Shown one piece after another: positions 39,501 through 52,800 of a stretch of 64,000 nucleotides of DNA (position 1 is the stretch's first letter; the number at the start of each line of letters is the position of its first letter). The DNA is from Daphnia carinata (Eukaryota): the NCBI RefSeq assembly GCF_022539665.2, contig NC_081331.1:12028001-12092000 (forward strand), in the 5' to 3' direction. The notes under the pieces were generated by a model, which saw only the letters and a list, made by a program, of their open reading frames with translations, was not told where the DNA came from and made no database searches. A program made the position numbers and the translations under genes.

Positions 39501-42500
39501 GTTATGCGCACAATTCGAAAAAATTCGCAAAGAAAGGAAGCTTTCCTTTAAACAGCAGCTTGTATAATTAGGAACTGAGCTTCTGGCTAGATGGAGTAAG
39601 CTTCTGGCAATTCAATTTCCTTGTGACCGGTGGACATGGGAATCAACTACTGAAATATCCATAATCAGTGAGGTCTACATCAGTCTCAGGAGAAAAATTT
39701 TAAGTTTCACAACCTTTACTGTAACCTTTAGGCTAACTGTATGATAGGTGTAAGAGCTACGGTCGATGGAAAGGCTGTGGGAAGGGCGATGGCGACTGCG
39801 AGATAACAACATGAAGTGCCTACAACGTAAAGCAAAATTCAAAAATTGCCTACTGACCTGTGGGAATTCGCTGGCTTTCGTTTGGTACTCGAAAACGTAG
39901 AAATAGGACGATCGTGTCTGTGACGAATGCAGGTCGGCCGTTTTAACCAAAGGAGCGACGTACTGAGCGTCGCCAAGGGCTTCGAGCGTCTCGTCGCGGA
40001 TGTTGACGGGATGGAGAACGGCCTTCTCCCAGTCGGTGTACTCGTTAATTATTGTGGCTAAAATCTCTTGCAGATGAAATTGGTAAGTGTTGCGGACGAA
40101 GGTGCGGAGCAGTCGATTACGTCTGTCCGCTTCCATGCCATATTGATTATCGTCGGAGCTGAGGGTAAAGTACGACTCGGCTTGCGTCACTCCGAAGAGA
40201 AGATCGTAGCGACTGAGACGGTGCGTGAGCTTCTTCTTGTTGGCTTCGTATTCGTCTTCAATGACGACGCCGTCAATGCTCGGTCCAAAGGAATGCAGGA
40301 ATTCGGGCGTCTCCACTCGACTACCGGCGCTCATTAGCGCTGGCACCGTTTTCTCTCGCAGACACTTCAATTGCGCCGTCGGTCCTTCGCCTGGTGGCAG
40401 AGAACAGTTCATCTGACGAATGAGTTCCAGCGCGTACTTGTTTGGCTCTTGGACTAACGCCCACGGACTAAGGGCCGTGCCACTCAACAGAATGGCTCGT
40501 TGAAACAGACCTACGGCGTAACAATAGAAAAATGTAAATAAAACGATTTTATTTTCTCAGTTTTCTCATAGTTTGTAACGTTCTCTTTCACTAGACTAAA
40601 ATTTAATACGTTCAGCTGGGAGACACAAAATCAGAACAGAATAATATTGTCCTTTCTATTTCCGCTGCTTTGCAAACTAGACGCTACATGAAATTGGATT
40701 TTTTTTTTTAGTTTTACGGGTTGCCATTGTCAGGTTAGTACAATGCTGCTGGTTCAATTTTTACATAGGGAAAATGTAGGTGTAATGTTCAATCGAAATT
40801 TACGACCCATCCCCTGAAACCGCAGTTGATTGCAGGAGAATAGCCGAGCAGGAAAAAAGGAAAGCAGTCGACGAGAGCAGTCTTGTAAACGTGGTGGCGT
40901 ACTAAAACTTAAAGATAGATGAAATAAAAGTAACACCACCTTCTCAACAAGTAGAGTCTAATGAGCTATTGTTGGGGGTGAACATTGATCAAACAAATGT
41001 AAGCTGGATCAATCAACTTCATATGGAAACTTGTGTGCATAGGTTCAGAGAGTAGTATTGTACCCTCCACTAGTTCTTGTTTTTTTTTTTCTAGACGGCT
41101 TGATTACATGTCTCCAAGGTAATGGAAGAACATAACTACTACATATTAATGTCAACTGGTACAAATAGTACGCAGTCAAAGTCAAATTTTAATTTCAGGA
41201 CGTCTTAAAATAAATGGGGAGAGAAAATGTAAACGAGGCATCTAGCAAAACAAAGATTATTCCAACATTTTCAGCAATAATTTTTCTATCAATCTTAGGT
41301 TTAGTAAAATTTTATTAAAATAAATAACTATCTTATCAAGTATGATGTTTAACGTGCATAATGTTTTGATCTCTTTCGAAATTTTATGAGCCGCGAAAGG
41401 TCGTGGGCGGATTTCATTCTTGCCACTTAGTCTTTAAGACGAACGAGTTTTTTCGTATTGATAAAATACTAATGGAATATTCACCAACGCTGAAAAATCG
41501 TTAGTTTCAAAGGGATTTGCCGACGTAATGAGAGAATTACCATCAGCTAAAACAGAAAAAAAAATAGGTTTGACGATACGCTTGTGAACGTGCATGGCTG
41601 CGTTAGGCACTAGAACGAAACACGCCTCGCAGAGCAATTCTATCCTACGATTCTCAGCCGCCGCAACATTTACAACGGTAGCATTTTAGAAATTGCCCGG
41701 ATCATTTCAACTTATGATGGACTTTCTTCGTTTTTTTTTCCATTAATAATTCCGAAAAGCAACTGAGTTTCTATATGCAAGCAGAAGAAAAACGTCTTTT
41801 TTCTTTCATCTTACGTATTACGCAATATCAGTTTGGATCGATCATGGAAATTCATCCTCTTGCTATCCATTGCAAGCAATAATGTGGTTCGCTTGATATG
41901 CTTACCTATGGTTTTTGTTTTCATGTAACACACGATAGTCCACGCATACGTAAACAATCTCTTGTGGCAGTACACCTCCCTCCTCTATTGATTCGCCTGT
42001 GCTTCTCTCGTTTCTGAGCAAACCGAGGAATTTTGGCAACGATATACAGTCACCCCCATTAAGCATTTGCGTTTACGAATAGAGAGAGCTTCTTCATTCA
42101 TACCAAGCTATAATAAATATTACTGCGTGTTGTTGGACCAGTAGTAATATAATAGAAAGAGCAGTGTTCTCAATTCAGAGTTTTGATTGGTATACCGTCT
42201 AGCACAGCTGGCGAGGTCATCAAGAACGTGGCACACGCGGCTCCTGTTCCATGGCCCATCAGCGTCACGCTTTTCGGATCACCGCCGAATTCCTGCACAT
42301 TTTCTTGGAGCCAATGAAGCGCTGTACAATTGAGGACGAGAAGTATTGCATTAGTTAAGAAACAGCTGCTGTTTAGCATTAAAAGGTGAAAAATAAAGGA
42401 CGCAAAAATAAAGCAATTACTAATGTTATGGATAAACTGTTTTTGCTTACCAGCTATTTGATCCATTAGCCCATGGTTGGATATGGATCGTGAGTACGGA

Positions 42501-45500
42501 TCACTGTGAGGGTTCAGGAACCCTGAAATGAACATCAAAATTGGATATCATAAATGAGATTGGGTCTAAAATGATCTGATTGGAGCAAATGAAATGTTGC
42601 CGCTTTTTAAAATCTCATTTAGACACATAGGGAAAATGTTAGTAAACCAAAAAGGGAGATGAGAGAGATTCACTCATCATTAAATTGTTGATACATAGAA
42701 TTTATGTAAGATGCGATGAAAGGCTTGTACCCGTGTACGTTGCCAATTAGCCTTTGCCACTGTTTTACCATTACAGAAGCTACACGTATGCAAGAAAGAG
42801 TTTTTTAATGAAGTTCCACGCCAGGCTGATTGTTCAGTGATCATCAGCGATATGTCTTCTCAGATGCTTTTCGTGGAAAACTCCGAACAGCAATCCCACT
42901 ATTTGAAATCATTTTTTCGAGTAAGCCTGCTACTTACTGCTGACGTGAGCAATGCGCTAAGATAGGAGAGCTATCCTTTTGAAGTCTTGATGTTATTTTT
43001 TTTTAAATGCAGTATTTGGTAGCCAACTTTTGTTACCATACACCGTGATGATACCACGCCTGCCTACACAATTAACATAGTCTAACATATAGCTGATGGT
43101 TTAGCTCTCCTTGGGAGATTCGCATACTTCTGTAATTCATTTCCCCAATTTATTCTAGAAAGTCTTTTATTCGTTGGCTAGTTGGGAATAAAATTAGGAC
43201 AACTAGCATTTACGTAATATGGTGGGTGGGGGAGGGTGCGCGTTGGTAAGCAAACAATCCGGACGTCTCCAAGCATCTGAGGATAGTCGCAAGACATGGA
43301 TTATACTTAGCGCAGCGCCTGACCTATAGGAATCGTCAATTATGCTTCGACTCAAGAGGCAGTAACTATATGTGCTAATAAATTTCGAAAGGCTTTTCCC
43401 CCATCGTTTTATGTTTCCAAAATTAAAAGGATCCTGCCCTGCTGTTTTATCGTAGTAATAGGATCATGTTGATCTGCTATACGTTCCATCATAGGTTATT
43501 GGGCGCGTTCCTCAGCAGGATACGTGTATCTGTTCACGTTAAGCTCAGGTAACCTGGGAGATGATTTCCAGCTAATATAATAAGTTGAAAAAATAAAATA
43601 TATTAAGCCCGGTGACGTTAGCGATACCAAACTTGACTTTTGCGTACGTATGTACTGGAAAGAATGTCCTTTCTACGACTACCCTAACAGTTGTAATTGT
43701 CTTGTTTTCTAGCCCCTGCTGGATTGCTTTCTCATCGGAAAGAAAAGACTTTGGATTCGTGAACTCTAGGGAAGTTAACTGTTGTGTCAACAATGATGGC
43801 TTCGTCAAGATATATCCGTGCTCGAAGAAGACTACTGTCGTAGTGTTGCGAGCGTACACCCAGTTGATATAGATTTTCTGTTTTAAGTATTATGGAAATT
43901 CAACTGCTATGCTACAAGAGACGAACGCGGGACATGATGTTCCCTTTAAATTTAGCGAATAAAAGATAGAGAAATCGGTTAACAAAATGGTTGACGGCAG
44001 TCCATGGTTGCATACATAAAACAATGGTAAATTCGAATGCCTGTAAAGTGAAGAATTATATAACCAAATCCAGTGATCTAGCACCACTGCAGTCACGAGT
44101 ATATACGGATGCCTATACGTTGTTTCATTTATCGTACTGCGGAATTCTTTGCTGTTAACTTTTTCGGTAAACATTCACTGGCCATTTGAAAGGAGGATGA
44201 AAGGCCACACATCCAAGCGCATTCTTTTTTTGAAATCCTGTTTTACGTCCATTTTGATTGCGAGGCAGTTTGAAATTCAAGACGTTGAACCCGTACATGA
44301 AAGGGCCAAGATTTTTAATCGAATTCACGGGCATTTTTTTTTTCTTCCAAAAGTACTATCAACTTGTTGCCGCCCACATGTTTGGATGAAAAGTGTATCG
44401 TCCTTCTTTTTTGCATTAACTTAAAGACGATGAAACGGCCGTCAAATAGCCCCAACGGCTATGACGCGTGAAGTCAATTGAGAATCAAGAATATCTTTCA
44501 TGCTGTTGACTTTTTATGTGTTAACGAAAAACTTCCCGCCTTTTTCAAAGCGCTTCATTTGAATGAGCTTTCCTATGGGCCAGTGTAAGCCGTATAAGAA
44601 AAAGTACGTGTAATTCAAGGCTGGGCAGTCGTGACACGAATGTTCACCGAGGTAAACTTTTGGTGACGGCCAGCGATTGCCAATAGTTTCCGCGCTGGAG
44701 CGTTTGGTGCCTTGGACTCAACAAAGAGGAGGGTTCCAACAAACTTTTCCTTATGTAGCTGGTGGAACATACTGAATTGCTAGACTTTGTTCACACCCTG
44801 TATAGCCCCCCCCCCCCAAAGGGTTCAATGAACGGATGGATTACGTCCAACTTGGGCCAAGGCAGTGACGAGTACCGTGTTAAGAGCTGACGGGCGACGT
44901 GTTTTCGGATAGCTTCAAAACTTGCTCGGGGTCTAACGTCCAGTTAGACGGGACACCATCGCCCAACACCAAAGGAAACGAAAGGATTGGTCAATCAATA
45001 TGGTCAATGTAGAATAAAAGAAATGGATAGGAAAAGTAAGGCCCAAACATATATATGTTTTTGAGACCTAGAGCGAAGAGGGAAGTTTCTTTTACTAATT
45101 CATTCGAAAAAAAAAGTTTTTCAAAATTTATTCTACAGCTTATTCAATGAGCGTTCGTGTGTATTTGTAATCCATGTAGACGGATGGTACAAATAAGCAG
45201 ATTCGTTTACGTAAGGCACTAGTTGTGGTATCGACAAACAAAAATCCCGCTTGCTAATACTTAATCTCGCAATTCGTTTTACTGTTTAATATTATCCCTG
45301 AATCTTCTGGTCGTGCTGCTCTACGTCATCAAGAGAGTCACTATGGGCATCAGTTATAGAATGCGCAGAGCTTGCCTTTGTTTAAGGAAAACCTGCAAAG
45401 GGATCAACTGTTTTCGTTTCATAGAAAAATAGAGACTTGAAACCGTGAATGGAACTCTTGCTTGTATCAACTAGTCCGTGTAGTTACCGAAAAATGTTTA

Positions 45501-47647
45501 CTGCATGAGAGAAATGTCGAGTCAGTTACAGCTTTGCAGCACTCTAAATTACACACGGAACTGTCGCAGTGGCGACAAAAGACTGGGCAAAGTTCGTTCC
45601 TTCTGCTACGATATGTATGTCAGCTCAAGCAGAGTGGGCTTAACTCCAAATTTGATTGTAGTACGGTGACGAAAACTGTAATGAAAATATTAAATTTGAA
45701 ACGCAGCAAAATGCGATAAAAAAATAGGCTGTTAGTACAGTCGCTTGCCTACCGTAGAGAGATTGGTTGCTACGGTTCAACGGGCTGAATGCTTTTTTTC
45801 TCTTTTTTTTTTCTTTAGATCTCTTTCTTTTCGTGTGTATAAATTATCGGCCTTTGTGTTGTTGGCTAAGCCCTTTCTATCTTCTTTTCAATCTACCTTT
45901 TTTTTTCATCTCATGATTACAAAGAACTTTTGCGTCATCGTGCGGGAAGGCAGCCGACATGTGTCGTATTTTTCATCACTTCATCCCTTGCGAAATTCAG
46001 CATCAAACAAAATTTAATCTGAATTCACCGAAATAATAATTCTGCTGCATCGGAAACTGCCACACATTATAATCCGCTTCGGTGATGCTGCAGTCCCCGA
46101 GTTGGCATCCCTCAAAGGATTTAGTTGTTTGCCTAATACGTGCCCATACACAGGACAGTCAATGGTTCGCTAATTTCAAATTTCTGTACAATACGAAGCG
46201 CGGTTCGGCTAGCCCAATAGATATGAACGAGTGCCAGGAGCAGCATTACTTTACATGCACCAAGACATTGGCACGTCGGTCGTCACGCTGGTTGTGGTCG
46301 GCGTCCTATAAGCCTTCACCCAAGCTAATAATCATTGATTTTTTCCCCTCTCCATTCCGTCTGGTTTACCATTCCGTCTTTAAACCGCTATGCACAACAA
46401 ATAAAAACGGCACGGCTATCGAGCCTGATGAATAGTTGGAAGCCATAAAAACTTGTTGAAAAACTTTTGTTCGTTACGTGTCATCGATTAAACATGTCTG
46501 AATCATAATAGGGCCCTCTTCATTCGTGATTGAGGTGAATCACGATATTAAGTGCGCAGTTGAAGCGTGAACGATTAAAACAACGAAAATCTAAAGTGAA
46601 AAGTCGTTGATGAAAGATCTTTTGAAACTTGGCATCTTTAAATGTAATTGGTTTTATATGGTGCTAGCGCTGGATATAATCGGATTCATGGGACCGATCG
46701 ATAGATCCACTATCGCTGAAGGCAACTCAGCGTCAAAGAATATAAATTGCAATGTGAACCTTTAGGAAGAAGCAGACGATTGCCTACAAAAACGAGGAAA
46801 ACGTTGTCGATGACAAAGTGGTTTTCCTGATCATATAAATTACTGCCAACTGAAAAAGGAATAAAAAATAAATCTAACGCTGAATGGATGGTGTATAGTA
46901 AACGTGGGGAGGAGTCAAAGATTGTTTGACAAATGTTTGCGTTACTGTTCGTTCTTCCTCGTATACTATAAGTTTTAAAAAATAAAAGACACTTTGGGTG
47001 CTGTTCGCTGACGTGCTCGTCCAAGCTTATTTACTTCCGGATCGCACATTTCTTTTTTGTAAAAAAATCAGACATCATCCGGTTTCTTCGTCTCAAACAA
47101 AACGTTCGAAATTTTTCCAGATGAACGGTTGACTCCCGCGGCAGATTATCCTAGTATAATGTCATGGATTGCACCACCCTCAGCTTTAATTCAAGTAAAA
47201 GTCAACTCTCAAATTCTATACATGAAGTCGTGTCTGCTCTTTTTTTTTTTTTTGTTCCTTACCACTCCATTTCTCTTCATGTGTGGGGTGCTTCACCTTT
47301 TGTTTCGTTTTTCCTGTTTCGCGACTTATTAGTTGCGCTGGATGTCCGTCCTCTATGTTCCGGACATGGCTTTGCGTATTTACAATAAGGATGATGAAGG
47401 TCATCCTGTTTTTCCCCGACATTGCGCTGATGGAGCTCGCGGGGTAAGCTATTATCTATTGGTTTTAAGGCAAACTTACCCAGGACTCCGAGACGATAGT
47501 TGAGCGTCACGACGACGACTTTGCCAACGGCGGCCAAAACGCTGCCGTCGTACGGATTGCCGGATCCCCAGCTGTAAGACTCTCCATGAATGAAAACAAT
47601 GACGGGATAGCGCGGCTTCAGTGCTGTTGGACTGGCTGCAAATGCAT
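35450..47647 (-). CDS. Nlg3: Neuroligin gene B (arthropod neuroligin-3-like), 5'-partial: complement(join(35450..36561,37801..37931,38118..38269,39858..40510,42196..42321,42451..42522,47480..47647)); first coding exon outside the window
   Basis: Seven GT-AG exons join in frame (2414 nt, starting in phase 1). Motifs [112 protein letters not shown]-terminal DELRV. Neuroligin family is secure; Nlg3 versus Nlg4/5 is inferred. Confidence 0.92.
35534..35565 (-). repeat. CAG/CAA-rich tract encoding [10 protein letters not shown] in the neuroligin B cytoplasmic tail
   Basis: Plus strand reads ctgctgctgttgttgctgctgtgactgttg; poly-Gln appears in the ORF translation. Confidence 0.8.
37801..37931 (-). 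CDS. Neuroligin B exon (NPNEGAG...[16 protein letters not shown])
   Basis: Acceptor tttgcag|, donor G|GTAATT. Confidence 0.94.
38118..38269 (-). CDS. Neuroligin B exon ([17 protein letters not shown]...YWSNFARSG)
   Basis: Acceptor aaacag|, donor GG|GTAAGC, 152 nt. Confidence 0.94.
39858..40510 (-). CDS. Neuroligin B large central exon ([11 protein letters not shown]...KASEFPQ)
   Basis: Acceptor ccgtag|, donor CAG|GTCAGT, 653 nt. Confidence 0.95.
42196..42321 (-). CDS. Neuroligin B exon ([30 protein letters not shown]...SPAVLD)
   Basis: Acceptor tgtacag|, donor G|GTATAC. Confidence 0.94.
42451..42522 (-). CDS. Neuroligin B exon ([23 protein letters not shown])
   Basis: Acceptor atttcag|, donor G|GTAAGC. 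Confidence 0.94.
47480..47647 (-). CDS. Neuroligin B exon ([24 protein letters not shown]...NYRLGVLG)
   Basis: Acceptor ttttcgcag|, donor G|GTAAGT, phase 1-1. Confidence 0.94.
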
Positions 47648-49863
47648 CTGCGAAAATATAAAATAAAATTTTATTAAACTAGTGTCCGAAAAAAAGCATA
47701 GTGTCATTCCACTTAGATTTATCGATTTACTAGGGTGATGCTTCATCAATTTGATATATTTTTCCTTAGGCGTTATCGTTTCGATTCGAGCAACATTAAT
47801 ACAATAAACATCAAAGTCACCGTGACTATCATTTGGCCTGTTTTTCCCTTGGGCAATTTGCACGCCGATAGGGGGTGAAAGCCTATTTCACATTGAGCCA
47901 GCAAAGGCATGCACAATGCTCCGTCAGCAAAGACTACTGTGCGGACCGTGCCTCGATCCCAACACTGACTTTGTTTGCATACAACTGGTGTGCTACATTT
48001 ACACACCGTTCGTTGTATGCGCCCTCTCTCTTGTCTTCTGTGTTGTCGTATACTCATGCAATATGCATCTTCCATGCATATTTAATAGCTGGACTAGACT
48101 GACAGATACAAGCTGCGTGATGGCGGTGAGAAAACACAGATCAATTATTTCTATATGCTGATTTGGCGTACTTGAATAATCAAAAGTGTACCAATAAAGT
48201 CAATTGCGCCTATAGTATCGAGATACGCACCTATCGAAATAACAGATGCGAAATTTGCAATAAATAAAACGGATGAAAAATATGCTTCGTCTGCCGGCCA
48301 ATAGAAAGTTTGTTTACATCGTTGGCAAACGTACATAGGGAATACTGTGGCGATTTTAAAACGCAATGTGTACACAGTGCAGAGTTTCCTGTTGTTTCCC
48401 TCTTTTCTTTTATTACTCTTATTGTTCTACGATGAAACGCTTTCTACCAATTGGGCGTACAAGCTTTTTATTTTTTATTTCATTTCTTCATGCAGAAAAT
48501 TGGCAGCGCTCAAGATCTGGTAAACAGTTTAGCTTTTTATTTTCGAGTAGTGACCAGATGGTTTAAGATGAGAAAGAAAAATAAAGTAGGGGCGGTATAG
48601 TTGAAGCCTGTCACGAATTCAAGGGTGGCCATAGAAAGGGAGAGAGCCTCTTTGGTATGGTAAACAGGATGCATTTTATGCAGATCCAATCACGATTGGT
48701 CAACGGGCTGGATGGGAACGGATCAACTAACTGACTTGGCTATACGTGAATTTGACACAACACTAGCCAGAAGTGTCGGCTGAGAACCTCGCTATAGAAA
48801 TAAGGGAGTCCACGAACCGTTCCATTCTCATCCCATTACCTCACAGGCCAGCCCATCCCATCCAATTTTTATCCTCGGTCCAGATTTGCTGTCCTCCTAT
48901 TTTGCATCCGACCCGGCCGAATAGAGGTGTTGGCACAGCGGATCCTATTCTGGCATTGACACATTTCAAAGGAGATTCTTCTTTATGGAAGGAAAGAGTG
49001 TCACCTACTGAATTGCAATCGTTCTTCCATCTATATTTCAGTTTGTATGATTGATTAACAGGAAATGTGGATTCTGATCATTTTTGTATTTTCCATTCTT
49101 TATTTAAATGGTATGTGCTCATTTTAACACGTTAGCTACCTTCACGATAAGGAATCGGTTAGGGATCTACCAGCCAGCCGCGGTAGAAGGATATCCTGAC
49201 GGGTTTGCGTACCCTGTGCGGGGGCAAATCGCACGCTCGTTTCGAATTGCAACTTTGTCACAACGTAATTTGATTCGCTACATAAGCTCAGACGTTCTCG
49301 CAATTAGGCACCCACTCCTTCTTGCCACCAGCAATGTTGTACCAACTCGTTTGAGACGGAAAATAAATGGAAATAACAGCAATAGGCATTTGGAGGAGAC
49401 GCCGCGTTGACGTCAAACCGCTCTCGACCCAGTTCCTACCCGCGGGAAATCGATAGTATGCCCGCTTGCATATACTTGGATTTTTTTTTCAGTCTCCTTA
49501 AGTCTAATTTAACTGGACAGAGTTTTGCTTATTTTTATTCATTTATTTTTTTAAAGCAATTGAAGTGTTTTGCCCCTCTTGGGTATCTCAGAAACTTTTC
49601 TAACCGACTTTTTTATTCTACACTTTTATTCTTAGCTGAAAGCCAATTTCAAATCAGTTTGGAAAGAATGATGGCTTTGTAGACTTGTGGACACTTATTC
49701 GCTCCACAGGAAAAGAGGTAAATAATGCAACGTGGGCCGGCCAGACAATAGTTGCGATCTTCTTACTGGTCGATAAATAGAAGAAGAAGGGATCCAACGA
49801 TGAACCCGAAAAGAATGCCTTTGTCTGCCTCGTGCAAACGAATGGACTTCCCTTTCTACTTAC

Positions 49864-49890
49864 ATTTCGTTCTTTTTGTAAGTATACCAG
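49864..49890 (-). CDS. Candidate 27-nt alternative microexon of neuroligin B (xGILTKRTK[Y]) at the splice-site-A position
   Basis: tttcgttttctcttag|CTGGTATACTTACAAAAAGAACGAAAT|gtaagt. Length is a multiple of 3 and it is open in the required phase 1. No transcript support. Confidence 0.45.
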
Positions 49891-52800
49891 CTAAGAGAAA
49901 ACGAAAGTGGACGGAGTCTCCGGAGGTTCGACACCAAAGTGCCAACTTGACTCAGACGGTCAGACGTGGATGAAAACAGAGACAGACGTCACGCGATGGA
50001 AAATAGAACAGCGAGAGAAGCTTCGTTTATCCTCACAAACCGATGCCATCATGAAAAACGAAAGAAGCGGCAAAAGCTAAGAATTCAAAAAGAACCGTCA
50101 ATGTCAACCTAAGAGCTCGTTGAATCATGCATCATCCGTTTTTACGGAATGAAGGAGAGAATCTAAGAAACACTTGTTTCAAGAGGCTTTATATTTAGGC
50201 AATAAAAAAAAGAAGAGTGAAATAAAACTCCGTATGTGCGCTGCGTGCAATTGCACGTGAAGGCCCCCCTGCGCGTCCATGCGATTCGTAACACTGTGAA
50301 AAGATTGAAAGTGAGCGTGAGCTACAGAAAACTCGATTGCTTGCAAGTTGGGAAAAAGAGCTTTTTTTAGTGCATAAGGAGCTTTAAAAACAGCGCTCGG
50401 AAAACAAAATGGCCGATAAACGTAAAGTTTTTTTTTTTCGTTTACACTTTCACAGATTACTCAGAAAATAGTAAGACAAAAAATCAAGAATCAACATTTT
50501 TAAAATCAGTATTTCAAACATTGGAAAGATGATTTAAAGGACTACAATGTGCGTATAAATCCCATAGATCTTACACTATTATGGAAATACAATATTACGA
50601 AAACGTATAGCCTCAGAGAATGGCCTAATCTTTCTTTGTAGACAGTTTTCTTATTTTTTTCCGGTGATTACTTTCTCCATAATCCGTACGCTAGTCTATT
50701 TGGTAGCTTTGCTCGTATACAGATCACACGAACGTCAGCTTCGATCGTGTACTAGAGGGAATAAATACTTCAAAATCTTACAAACAGCGGTGAGTAAATT
50801 CCGAAAGCCGGAGTTTAGCGGTGATCTAAAACAAAAAATGTTCGAAGACGACATCGTCGTAGAGATAAAAATGATCAGGAAAATATTAGAAGATCCTCTT
50901 TCATCGCTGAAGTATAGACACTCTTACTGAAACGGCCAGCGAGAAGAAACGTTTTGCTTTGTTCAAAGGCGCTTGTGAGACGTTAAGGATTAGACTGTGC
51001 ACCTATACTCACCGTCAATTGCGTTTGTCCATTAGACGATGTTATTCTTTCCCCTTCCCAATAGAATAAAAAGGGGGGGGGGAAATTAAATGATGTAGCA
51101 GAAGAATTATTGGCTTGTGCAACTCAAACGTCTATCAGGTATACCGCTGCATGCAGTCGCTCACCAACCGCACGATTGCACACTTGAAAGACGTCGAGAT
51201 GTAATGATATTAGGTATCCTCTATAGCTATAGGTTCTTTCGCAGTTGCCGCGTACAACACCGACTGGCGTGCGCGATACTCTCGTATTTTTTTTTATCCT
51301 CTTGCTTTTTCGAGATTCAAGAAAAAAACTTTTTCAAAGGAATAAACAGAAATAGAATTTTTTTTTTGTCCACCGAGAAGCGGATTGAGAGAGGTTGGTA
51401 AAGAGAAATCGATACAGTCGGTGATGGCAGTCGACAGGAAAGCAATACGACAATGTGCTCCATTCGCTGTGTGCAACTTAGCGCTGTATAGAGACGTGAG
51501 ATGTATTGCCTTTTTCTTCCCCCCCCCCCTTTTTTTTTATTTATTTAATTTTCTTTCTTTTTTAAGAAAACCTCCTTTTATATAGTTTTCTTTTCCACGC
51601 AACATTTCTGCAATAATGGTTGACAGTCATGTGCTGGTAGTTATTTTCAATTTGTATATACGCTCTTCTTTTATCATTCAGCACTTGCGTCACTATAGCC
51701 ATCAGCTTTTTTACAGTCTATTCTTCTTGCACGCTTTCTTTTCCCGTGGCAAGATGAAGGACGATCTCTATTGAAAGGGATTGGGTGTGTGTAGGTCGGC
51801 TGTATAGTACCATTACATCTGGCTAACTCACCTCCATTGTCACCTTGTAACTCGATTCGTTCGTAGCGGCTATTTATTGGAACACGTCAAGCAAAAATAG
51901 GAGAAGACTAGCAAAAAGGAAATTTATCTTAGATTAGAACAGAGGACGCTACTATTTCTCTGTACACTAGAAAAAATGTGTATAATGTACATAAAGAGAA
52001 GAAAAGGATAGTTTTGTTCAGTTCTAAAGCTGCCCTCCTGTTGGCGATGAATAGTTCCATAGAATTAAGCTTTCACTTTTTATCTAGATCACATCAGGTC
52101 GCATTTCTCTTCTTTCATGTTAAGTAAAAAAAGAGCCTGAACCATCGGCGAAGCAGAGTACCGTGAATGCTACATATTAGCGGTGTAGGAGTCTTCGACT
52201 GGTTTCGTCTGAATGGATCAGAAATGTCAGGCACAATGAGCCGGCGTGCAACGTGCAGCAATATCGTGACATTCACGTGAAAGATGATTTTCTTTCATCT
52301 CGTTCACAACTCCGTACGTGTAGATTTCCAAATATGTTTTTATAGACGCCTCGTCCTACATGCTATCGTTTGGCCCTCACTATTTTCGTCATACCAAGAA
52401 CCAGGTGCCAGATCACGTATTGTCTCCAGCGGAGAACCTATGGGGGATAATTAAGGCTATGGATTGAGTTGTGTTTATTATCGTCGTATTGTGTAACGGT
52501 TGATGGGACATTGTGATTGATACGCGAGGCAAAGTGAAGGGGAAATGGTGCGAATGCGTGGATGATTAGGAGCTGTCACGTCTGCGACAGGTTGAGCTAC
52601 TTTTGTCAAGCCAACTAGACAGATTATTATACCATAACTATGTCGTTGTTTTATAGCTTAAGCATTTGTTAGAACTCTTCTTCGATTACGTGACTTTGAC
52701 GATATTCTGTATCACTTTTGACGGTTCTGTTTGATTAGATTCATTTGCCTCTGAAATGGCGGAGTCTCTGAGTAAAACCTGCTGCTGGTTTACAGATCGG

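Noticed and set aside
41900..41925. AG|GTAAGC in the site-B-position intron of gene B, a possible recursive splice site or cassette donor
   Set aside because: The upstream sequence is A-rich rather than polypyrimidine, and the acceptor I tested gives a non-3n (79-nt) exon.
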